From positions 22,692,001-22,756,000 of the forward strand of contig OZ241834.1 of NCBI GenBank assembly GCA_965202585.1: 64,000 nt of DNA, read 5' to 3'. This document shows, in pieces, positions 24,401 through 36,400 of the stretch. A program made the position numbers and the translations under genes. Position 1 is the stretch's first letter. Each line of letters opens with the position of its first letter. A model generated the notes under the pieces. That model was given only the letters and a program-made list of their open reading frames with translations, made no database searches and was not told the origin of the DNA. The DNA comes from Thalia democratica (Eukaryota).

Positions 24401-27400
24401 CACTAAACACTTGAGATGTAAAAACTAATATTTTAGAGCAGTGCTTCTGAAATGGTGACGCCTCTCAGGAATTCCGCGAAGCCTTTCAAAATTTAAAAAA
24501 GAACATTTATTTAATTGAACATTTTACGTAAAATTAAACTAGGGGTTCCGCGGAAAAGTTGAACTTTGGAAAAGAGTTCCGCCACTAGAAAAAGGTTCAG
24601 AAGCACTGTTTTAGAGGATATTAAATTGTAAAATGGTTTTTACGAATGAACTTGAAAACTAATCTCTAGAGTAAAGGACCTATAACAGACGTGATAAAAA
24701 GCAAAAATTTAGTATTATAAAATCCCTAGTTTTTACCAGGTTTTTAAAAGTCCAAGTTTTTTAACCGTTTTTAGTATAAAACTAAGTAGAAGGCAAAAAA
24801 CTGTGTTAAACAATATAAAATATTGAAAAGATACTGTAATGCTACTTAAAATTAAATATAATATTTCATAATAAATAAAATTCTACATGACACAATTAAA
24901 AACTTATGATAGATTTTTTGTACCTAATCAAAATTTCTTTATTTTACATGTTATTAAGTGATTTTTGTTTTAATCTCCAGGTTTTTTTAAATTTCGCAAA
25001 TTCAATGTTTTTTTTTGCCTAATTTGTCAACTTTAAGGATCTTTTGCAACTCTGTCACTTTATAATACTTATGTAGAACAAAGTTACTTTATTTAACTTT
25101 AACACCTTTTTTAATGCATGCAAGCTCATTTTCAAAATAAATGAATTCATCTTTAATTTTATATAAAAATAAATTTCATAATTCAAAATTTGGAAAACTG
25201 TAAGTTTCCATTTATTTAAAATTAGCTGCTCATTTTATCACCTAAGCATGCAGGTGATTTCAAACTAAAAAAAAAATTAAAAAATAATTGACTTGTGTGA
25301 TGGTAGATAATTATACAGAAATTAAATCGGAATTTATCCATATTACGTAATTTTATCCATATTACGTCACTAAACACTTGAGATGTAAAATTAATATTTT
25401 TGAGGATATCAAACTGTAAAATAGTTTTCACGAATGATCTCGAAAATTTATACTTCTGGGGTAAAGGACCTACATGTTTGTGACAAAACTTTTTTTTATT
25501 TGAGAAATACTCTAAATGGCTTAATTTATTATAATAGCACAAATTTCATCGAAACTTATTATAAGTAACAACAATTAGACCGAAAATAAGATAAAATATA
25601 TATTTTTGACAATATTTCACAGGTCACAAAACTTACACAGTACGAATATGTCTATACAAACATGGTTGTAAACATATCTGCTGAGTCTCGTTCCGGAGAA
25701 AAAACACGCGAAAACGGTATAAAAAGCCGGACACCGTGAGAGAAGGGCGTATTTTAGATAATTCGGCTTGTTTGAGATTCTTTGGACAACGTGTTTTTGG
25801 ATTATTTAAACAAACGATCGCCTATCAATTTCATTCACAACTTTAAGTTACTAGTTACAAACTTTATACACAAACAAATGTTGAGTTTCGCTTTAAATAT
25901 TAAAAGAATACAAACAAACCAAAATAAACAAAAAACGTAAATGTTTTTTAACTTCTTTTTTATTTACCATTTGCAACTTATTATTAACAGATTACTCATT
26001 TTGTTTTATATTTTATTTCACAAAGCTTTTCAAAAATATACAAGTTCCATTTTCAAGTGATAAATGAAAATAACTTCATTTAGCTAGTTCATATAAACTC
26101 TACTACCAGCTACAAACTTTACAAACGAACGGTCGTACCTATCAGTTTGACGGAATGCAGTTTGTTCCTGCCCACTCCGGAGTACTTCAGCTCGGCCACC
26201 ATCTGCATGAGGATCTTGCGGAGTTGCGGAACCACGAAGGCGGGAGCTGATTGGCTGAGACGAGAGAAACACTTGATGGCCGCCTCACGCACCTGCGTTG
26301 ATTGGATGAAAAAAAGTTGGTGATATTTGTATTGGGGATATTAATTTTTTATTGAGTTAAATTGATAAAAATTTAAAAAAAAAAGATTTAACAGAACACT
26401 TATTTGGAAAGCTGGTGTTTCGATTTATTTGTGTTTGTCGCACAAAACAGCAACATCACCTTACTTACACAACCATATCATTCCATCAACCCATTCAAAA
26501 TAAAAACACAAGACAGCATGGACAAGCAAGCTGTTTTAACTATTAGCTGAACATTAATTCTTTAAAAACTTCTTTTGAAACTACTCTTCAAAAGTTCTCA
26601 CCCTGAAGTCTTGGTCGTGCACTGCGGTCAGGAGAAGAGCCAAATTTTCGTCCAGCACCAAGTAGTTGTTGAAGTGGGAGTCTAAATTTTTCAACACTTG
26701 GAGTCGCACTTCCGCGTCTGTTTTTATTTTTTAAATTTATGCACACTACAAAGATAAATTGGTTTGAATTAAAAGGTTTAGTTCCTGCAAAGTTTGCATC
26801 GACAGAACATGAAAACACTTTAACAAAATCAGAATGGACTTGATGTATAACAAACGAACTAACTCGGATCGGTAATGACGAGATCGAGGACTTTCTTGAG
26901 ATGCTCCGTCATCCTCACCGAAAGAACCGGGTGAACGACCGTGTTCTTTTCACTCCTGCAAAAAAATATAATAGTATTGAAAAAAGTGTAAAAACTGTCA
27001 AACTGTTTTACTATCAAGCAATTATGGAAGACCAAACAAAGCAGTTTGTTGAAACTCCCGTTTCAGCTTATTCATATTTCTACAAATACAAAAACAAAAT
27101 CATAGTTCGATGCGATTGAAACACGCAACGATATTCAACTTGATTATTTTTGTTGAAAACACGAACCTGTATATGGGAAGCTTTATGGGCCTGATGAGGT
27201 GAAGCACCGCCGAAACGGCCGCGTTCCTCAAGCTCGCCTCCTGATGCTGCAGGTACTTGGTCGATGTTATTTCCTCGCACAGCACGCTGAACGGCGGCTG
27301 CAGGTCGAACCCCTCCGACGACTCGGAAGCGAAGCGGAAGTTTGCCAGCATCTTCAGCGCCAGCTTCGTTTCGTGCGGCTCGCCTGTGTTGGGAAATGAC

Positions 27401-30400
27401 AATTAGCAGGCGTTATTTTATAAACTGATTTTCACTTTCGGGCGAGATTTTCCTGTGATAAGGTGACTGAGGTGGTGAAAATTTCACGTTCGTCTTCGAG
27501 TGAAAAATAAGTGAAAATAAATTATTTCGGTTGAATTTCGTATGCGGAACTTAAACTTGTATCAAATAAACTCATCACACGTTTTCACAGCAACTTAACT
27601 ATTTTATGTAAACAACAACCAATTAAATCAAAACCAAACCCAACATTTAATCCTTGATTATACTTTTATCTATTCTAGTACACTTATTATTCTTGATACA
27701 ATACAATTCAAAAACTCACTCAAGTGTGACAATTAGAAATATTTACATTAATAATTTTTGATACCATACAATTTAAAAACACACTCAAAATTTAACCCTT
27801 GTTGAAACAAAAATAATCCAAAAACACACTAGAAATTCAACCCTTGTTTTACTTATTGTACCATATTTGATCTTGTTTAAATCAATATGTTTTATAAACT
27901 CGCTCAAAATTGACAAGTTAAGTTGGTTTACACTATTATTAGCGGTATTTACTGATGAAAATTAAACTTGCGTTAAACGTACTCTTTACACAATGTTAAT
28001 ACAATTTACAATAACAACAATATGATCCAAAAACACACTCAAAATTTAACCCTTGATAACACTTTTTTTCATTGTACCATAGTTATTCTTGTTTAAATCA
28101 ATATGATGCAAAAACTCACTTTTTTTTACAACAACATACAATAACCACGTAAACAACAATTAAAATTTAACCCTTGATAACACTTTTTTTCATTATACAC
28201 ATAGTTATTCTTGTTGATAACTCACTCAGGTGCGACAAGTTGAGGTGGTTGATGGAAGAGGAGGCGCTGACGTTGTGCAGCTTGCTGGAACTCCCGCTCA
28301 GGTTCAGGTGGGACACGGAGTGCTCTATGGACGCGTGCGAGGGAGTCCTGTGGGAAAGAATGTATTAAAACAATATTGCTTGAGAAGAAACTGTTAGAAA
28401 GCAGTTTGTATAATATGCATGTGAGAAAACGTCCTGTGATAAGTGGTTTGTTGAAAACTAGTTTGAAAGTTGTTTGTGTGAAAACGTGCTTCAGATCTGT
28501 GAGCAGCACTTAATTTTCTGTGCAAAGGCGCCATGTAAAAAATTTATGTTCGGTTTAAGCTGTTGCTTCAAAAAAAATTGTATGGTTTTTTTTTTTAAAC
28601 TAAAATTCATAAAACTTTGATATTTTATATCTTTATGCATGAAAACTTTAAAAATTGTGAGTTTTTCTTGCTGTTTTTCAAAACTAGTTTAAAAACTGTT
28701 AAAATGGTAAATGTTTTTAATTTCATGAATATATATACTAAATTGAAATAAAATTACAATTTCCAAGTAGAAGTGTCATATTTTAAACGCTCTTACAAAA
28801 ATATTAATTTGATTTTCACCATTAAATTATTCACTGGAAAACATAAAAGTATTAAAAAAAAGCTGCTAAACATTCCAGTACAATCAGTCTTTCACAAGTC
28901 AAATTAATAAAAAAAAACAATAAAATTTTCAGCAAGAACCTGTTGAGCCCTGCGATGTGGGTGCTGGAGGGAGAAATGATCCTCTCGTTGGTGACGTGGA
29001 TGTAGGGAAGGAGGATTTGCTGTATTATTTCCATCGCTCCCTCGTTCACTTTCTCCTTCATCACCTGGCACAGGTCCTTTGAGGAGGTTGACAGCTTGTA
29101 GAAGAGGTTGACCAGCGGCTCGCTGCGTTTATAATGAGTACTTGGTTTTTATCCCGGCATTGAAGTTAAAAAAAAACTTTAGCTTAACTTTGTAAGGAAT
29201 ATTTTAGGTTTTAATTTTTTATAAAGTAAGAATTGAAAGAGCGTTTGTGATAAATTTAAAGTAACAGATCAAAAAAAAACTTTGAAATTAGCTCGCTCTT
29301 TATGTATTTAAAATTATGTTTAATTGACATCTTATAAAAATTACTGATTGAGAAAAAAAAATATTAAAAAGACTATATCTCAATAAGTAATATAAATTTG
29401 AAAAAAATAAAAAAATACATATGTAGATCTACAAGGCACTTTTTTCTTTTTAGAAAAATCTTAAATACTTTTCAAGATATCTTGAAATTAATAAAAAAAA
29501 TTATGAATTTTACTTTATTTAAGCCATAACTCAAAAAATATTTAAGGTTTAGCAAAAAGAAAAAAATGGCTTTTAGATATTAATATGATCTACATGTGTA
29601 TGTTTTACATTTGACAAATGTACATTACTTTTTTATTAGTTGCCCTTTCAATTTTTTTTTTAACAATTTGAATTGTCCGAATTTTAATAGTCGTGCACCG
29701 GAGAAGTTGTACGTAACCGACCTTATGTTAATTTTAAACAGAAGTTGTACATAACCGACCTTATGTTAATTTTAAACAGCAGGGAGAGGACTTCGTTTTC
29801 AAGCAAGCTCCTGTGGTTGCCGGGGCACATGCTCAGCACGTACACGCAGTGGTACACCGCCTGGTCCAGCGCGTCCTCCGCATTCCGCTTCTTTCTGCAC
29901 GAAATATACAAACTATTTTTTTTAATTTGGTCGGGAGGTTTAACACGTTTTTGATTATAAAATATCAGAACTGAGTAGAGACGAAGGCAAAGTAGTTTGC
30001 TATCCAATACTGTACTTTGAAACTTATTTGGAACCCACAACTGCACTCACTACCTTTTAGTTAGCTAGAATAAAGGATAAAAAATTAAAAACATAAATTC
30101 AAAATTGTTTAGTTTTGTAAAAAAAATTAAAAATGAATTACATTTCTCATAAAATTTATTAAAAAATTATTTATTTAGTCCTTATTTTATCAACCTGTTA
30201 ATTAACGTTGGCAAAAAGTTTTTAATGAAGTTGGTGATGTCTTTTATTTGATTTTTCATGTCGTTTCTCATAACTCTGCACAGAACAGCCAGAGAATTGA
30301 AAGCCATTGCTTTTTGTTTGTCCTAAAAAAACAAGTCGAACTGAAATTAAAAGTTTTTTATCTAAATCTAAGACAACTATGATTTAAACTTACGAAAAAT

Positions 30401-33400
30401 AGTGAATAAAAACAATTCAAAAAAATTCATTACAAGCATGTTAACAAAAATTATCCTTTTCTAAAACACAAGTTTAAATTGTGCAAAAAAAACTTGTAAA
30501 AGCTCACCTTTTTAATTGCGCCGTACAAAAACTTCAAGCTGTGGTCGAGGTGGCAAGCGAGGAACTTTTCGCAGTCGAAAGCGGCCAACCTCGGCAGCAG
30601 CTTCATGATTATCAGCTGTATGAAGTTGTTCTTGCTGCTAAAGTTCTTCTCCAGGCACTGCAGTATCTGTTTGGGTTTTTACAGGTTTGTAGTGAAATAC
30701 AAAATTTATTTAACTTTTTTGTGCACTGATTGGTGTTAAAAAAAAGAATTTTTCATCGGGTTGTCTGGAAAAAGTGGTCGAAATAATCATATACTAAATT
30801 TATTTTTTTAAACTAAGTGACCACCAGTAGGCAAATCGTTTCTGTGCAGAAACTTAACAATTTTAATTTAGGCACGTGATCAACTCATTTACGTATAAGT
30901 TTATACATGTTAACATACGTCGCATCAATATAGGTTTTTTACATAAAACATACACAAAGGCTTCAACAGATCAACGTGGTTATGGTATACCAAAAGCAGC
31001 AACCATTTAAACACGTTTAAATACATTACACAACTTTTTAAATGAAACAAACGTCTTCGTAATTGTCCTTGATCATTTGCACGCAGTAGCTGCTGGTCAT
31101 GTTCCTCTTCCCCGGCTGACCTCCCGACGATTCCTCCTCCTTCTCCTCTCCCGCCTCCTCCTTCTCCTCCTCCCCGTCGCTGTCCTCGCCCCCCTCCTCC
31201 GTCGGCCTCGTCATCTCGTCTGCGTGGACAAGATATAAGTTATTTTGAAGTCAAACTGAAAAATCAAGTGCAAAAATTTAAAAAAAAAACTTCCGGTGCC
31301 CTTTAAATTGGTGTGAAACTTAAGAAATTTAAAAAAAATCCGGTGTGCACAACTGGGTTGTTGAAGAAAATCCAGTGTGCACAACTGGACTGTTTTAGTG
31401 CGCGCAATTTGATTATTAAAATCGCCCTTGTTCTACTGTTCAACTGCGGTTTGGTTTTGTGTTGAAACTTTAAAAGCAGCTTTTAAGATGGAGCTTGATC
31501 GAACGCGCTTAACCCATTTAACATTAATTTCACTGGCGAACATTTGTTTACAGTAACATAATTTCAAACTCTGAGAAACACTGAATCAAGTCAGCAATTT
31601 AGAAAGTAAACAAATCTTTCCTTTGATAAAAGTTTGTTTTAAGTTTTCAAAAACATGGGAAAAATTATAAATACATATTCAATGCAGGGTTTCCGAAAGT
31701 GGGCTTTCCTAGTCAAAACATGTTTTAAATAACTTTATTTTATTTCCTGAAGTAATTTTGCTGAAGTAAAAAGCTAGAAAATGTTTTAAATAACTAACTG
31801 CTAGATAAAATTTTATATAAATTAAGAAACTATTTATTATCGTAATCTCAATAGCAGACACTTAAATTGTTTTTAGTTGGTTTAATATTTCTTAGTAGTT
31901 AATTTAAATTTAGACATTAAGTTTTTTTTGCTATAGAGATTGCCACTTAAACTGGTCATACAGACCATGATAACCAAGCGGCGCCTAATAATAAAATAAA
32001 TTTTCGGTGCACGGAAAATTAAAAAAATAAATAGTGAATTTTCAAGAGTTATTTAGTTAAAATTATATTTTTCTGCTTCATATAATTTTAATCGTTTTTT
32101 AACAGGTAAAACTGTTTTACATTGCTCTGTGTAAATTAAAATAAGTGTTTTTTTATTGTACTGTAAATTTGATTGTTAGAAAACAGTTAAAGATCTTTTC
32201 TTCAGAGGAAAGAAAAAACATTTTTATTAACTCAAAAACTTACTCACCAAACTAATTTTAGCTCAAAGAGCTCGTTAGTGCATTTTATTCAAATAAAATG
32301 CTATTGAAGTAGAATGTTTCAGCGTTATGATAAAATTTGTAATAAGATAAATGTAACAGATATTACCTTTTAAATATTCAGATAAAAATACAGTAGATCA
32401 GGGTTATTACACTCAGGTGAAGTTTCAGAAAAAATTGTGAGTAATGAGATTTTTGTTTACACGTATTAAAAATCAAGGTATTTTCAAAACCTTTTTTTAT
32501 AATTTCTTTTAATTACTTTAAAATCAAGTAAATCGTTACAACAGTAGGTTTGGTTAAGTGATCGCTAAATTATTATCTAATTTTAATTGATTTTGCTAAA
32601 ACGCTTTTTTTCAGTGGTTAAAGGACTTTTCAAAGTTTTATAACGTTGAACATCTAAAAGTTTAAACTTGCAAAAAATAAAACAACTTACGAATTTAAAC
32701 AAAAGATATCAAAAAATTATTATAAATATCGAAACCAACTTGCGGCCTGACAGAATTTGTTTTCAGCGTTTATTTTGGACGAAGCTACAAACTGCTTGGA
32801 AGTGAACTCTAGTGTGTTCTGCAATATAAACATCATTTGTTTCACTTTCTATTAAGTTTAAACACGTTTGTATAAAATAAATAAACTTCTAGTTGTTAAA
32901 GGTTGTACTTTAAATAATAATAACAAAAAAATTAAATAGAAGAGCAATTTTCAGTTTGTAAAATTTAATTTTAGCAAAACCTAAGCAAAATCGAAATTTA
33001 GTTAAATTAATTATACATAACCTAATACTTTGTTACATTAATAGTAAAAATGTTTGTAAAACTTTATAGTAGTAATAAAATCATATTACTCCTTAACAAC
33101 TTAAAAATAGTAATTTTAACGAAAATTATAACAGCGAATATAAACCCCTTTTTTTACCGAGATAATTGTTTTAAAATATAAAAAGCGTCTTTTGGTATAA
33201 TAAAAGCAAATAAGTATAAGCAAACTTTAAGGATATGTTATTAAATCATTTATATAAAAGCAAATTCTCTTATTTTTAAAATACTAAATAAGTAAACAAT
33301 ATTTTTCTTACTTTTTCTTCAAAATCTGTTCTTAATGAGTTGAATTCTTTGAGGTCGGTTGTGTCTAAAAATATACATTTTTAAAATTCTACATATCATA

Positions 33401-36400
33401 TTTAAATTGATTAATTTACATAAATATAACAAAATAAAGTTTCAAAATTAAAACATAAAACAAAAAAAAAACTACTTCAAATTGTAAATTAAAAAGTAAA
33501 AAAACATTTCAGTAGTATAATTAAGAAACAGACTTTTTGTTAATAAATAAACAGTAGACAACTTATAAATTCAAAATTGTTCTGTCAAGTTAATAATATC
33601 TCCTTTACAATATGCAAGCAACAATGTTAGCTGTAAAATTAAACAATTGTTTTTGTAACCACGCGATCAATCAAGTTTTTCTGCTTCACACAAGCAAGTT
33701 AACAGCTAATTTTATATTATTTCTTATTTACAAGAACTTGTCCAATTTAGTGAAGGTTTAATTTTTTTGTAATCATAAATCATAATATATATTAGAATAA
33801 AAAAACGTTGCAGGCAAACTTAATTAAAAACTGTTAATAGCGAAGCATTTTTTACATTAATCTTCTTTAGGTTACATTAAAAGCTATTTTTTATCAATAA
33901 CATAGGTGATGTTATTATCACTCATAATTAAAACCAATTGCTTGTATTTAATTTGTTCCAATAAACCAAGATGAAAACCATAAACATTTAAAAACAACTA
34001 AAAACCAATAATGGTGCCATAATTGAATTGAATTCATTGGTAAACATTTTACATGTTATTAAATTAGGCACATGACTTATTATTAACGGTAATTGTGTAA
34101 AAAACAAAAAAAAATTCAAAAACAAATTAAATAACTTTATAACTGTAGCTACAACTCTAACCTTTCAATAAACAGCTTTCCGGCGTTTAATCAGATTACA
34201 TTACTTTTTTTATTCAAACCACATTTATAAAATAAAAAATTCGAACAAATGCAATTACAGTCTTATAAAACTATAAACAGTGAACTGGTGAATATCACTC
34301 TTCGAAAACAAACAAGTAGTTTAAGGCAACTAATTAAACATATCTTAAAAAGAAAGTTTTAGCGTGAAATGCAGTCGTTTAACAAGTAATATTTTTGTAA
34401 GAAAACCGCAGACTTGTTGTTCAAAATTTTTAAGCTGAGCTCAGACACAAGTATGCTAGTCAAAGCTTTTGTATCAATACACTAAAAAGCACATTATCAC
34501 AACAACTTTCTCACCGTCTACAACTGAGACTGTATACAGTTAGTTTATAAATATATTTCTCCAAAAACAAACAAAAGTATGAAACAGTTAATTAGATATA
34601 TCTTAAATGGTCCGTCATAAATTTCAGCGTAAAAAGCATTTTTTGATCAGTAATATTTATAAGCAAACAACAGATTTATTGTTCTAAAACTTAAGGTTGA
34701 ACTCAGCTTTTGTAACATTAAAATAAAAGATTTAAACTTTTTAAATTCATCCATAATATTGAACTTTAAAATAGCAAGAAACCATAGTGCTAATCGACAA
34801 TTTCGGTAAAAAAATTATAATTATATTATAAGAAAAAAAAAATTACCACCGTCCGACATCTCAAAATTCAAAAGCAACGTCAGACATACTACTTTTGTAA
34901 CATTTAAAAAAAAATGAAATTTAATAAAAATCATGGCATGCTCACCGTCCGACGATATCTTCACCATTTCCTGCAGGAGCAGCAGCGCCCCGTGGACCTG
35001 CTCGTCGGTGATGCTGGCGGGGGCGCGGTACTCGGTCGGCATGGTGACCGCGCAAGTGCTGGGCGCCAGTATCGACATCACTTGCTCGAAGCAGACCTTC
35101 GCAAAACACGTAAAATTTTAATCGCAATTCATATTTGTTTGTTCATTTCGCGTGCGGGTATTTTGCGAAAAAAAAAATACCAGCTCAAACGCAACTTGTT
35201 TTGCTTTAGTTTGGTTTTAGCTTTTTTTTATTTTGATGTTGTAAAGTTAGCACTAAAAGTTACATGTAAGAAAATAAAGTTATGAGCACGCTATTAACTT
35301 GATGAATAAACAATCATATATTTTTCACAACCTGAATAAAACATTTGTGCTTCTAGTTTTAATAGCTATAGTTTCTACACCACTTTTTTTTTAATTTATA
35401 CTCGGTAGACTGTACAATTTATATTTGTTTATCATTTTAGAAGGTATCAAGATTGTATTATTTTTAAATAAAACACTCTCTATAAAAATACTTAAGTATC
35501 TTATAGTAACTTGCCCTAAATAATTAAAAAACAGTAAAACATTATAACTTCATAGTAAAACTATAACAACAAAAAAAAGGAAGAAAATATTAACACTATT
35601 TAAGAAAAAAGTATTAGTTTAACACTCGGCAGCCTTGGTTCAAGAACTGCTAAAAAATCCTTCTAATTAAAAACGCAAACTATCCAATCACCCTGTAGTG
35701 CTTGTTGAGGTCGACGTGGGAGTGCTGATGCTTCAGCTCCCTCCGCATTATTATTTGGAACGCGCCGCTCACCGCCTGCATCGCGAACTCCCTGATGGTC
35801 ATCTGTTTTCAGTTGAACGGTTCAAAAAAATACAAAAAAATATTTTTCAACTTTGCACGGCCGCGCTCGGGCTGTTTTGTTTTAAAAGTAAGAAGCAACG
35901 TGATAAAGGCAACTAATTTTGTCTGACACCAAACTTGAAATTTTAAACGAAAAGTAAGCAAGCTGGTCAATGGACTTATCAGGCATTAAATAGCATTTTG
36001 ATAAAACTTTACAATGTGGAGAACTTATACAATAGAACCTTGACTGGTTCGAATGAAGTACCTTTGGATCGAAGACGACGAAGAAAATTTGAAAGAAGAA
36101 GCGCTCGATGAGAGTGTAAAAAGTGGTGGGAAGCCTGTACGCTATTTGCTTCAGCAGTAGAACCTGTGCGGGAAACAATCAGTTAGATCAGTGTAGTTTT
36201 TTAGACACTTTAATATATTTTACTAGAAATAGTTTACTAGATCAGCGTGCAAAAAAAAAAATCCTCGTAGACTCTATCTTACATGAAAAAAGCAAACATT
36301 TCTTCAATTCAAAAATATTAAATCTACCTTTTATAATAATTTCAGTAAAAAACTGCGATTTGAATACTTTTACAAAAATTATTATCTTTAATTAACTTTT

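Larger units (their letters stand above)
21991..25054. mobile_element. Cluster of CAGGGTTGCCA-family fragments in a 4.2-kb TOR intron
   Basis: Termini at 21991, 22009-22020, 22251-22262, 22406, 23918-23929 and a degenerate one near 25045-25054. A shared internal gaaaagatact...ctactt segment occurs near 22135, 22540 and 24825, with ccaggtttt subterminal repeats. A solo left end also occurs at 15818. Confidence 0.7.

Noticed and set aside
31285-31560. ETS-like (acttccgg), GCGCGC and AAGATGG motifs with a short ATG frame suggesting a nested plus-strand gene
   Set aside because: The ORF is only 22 codons, I found no coherent downstream exon chain, and such short motifs arise by chance.
32767-32812. 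Plus-strand [11 protein letters not shown] resembling an ABC-transporter Walker B/D-loop
   Set aside because: It is the antisense reading of TOR exon 32740-32818, and no other ABC motifs can be chained to it convincingly.
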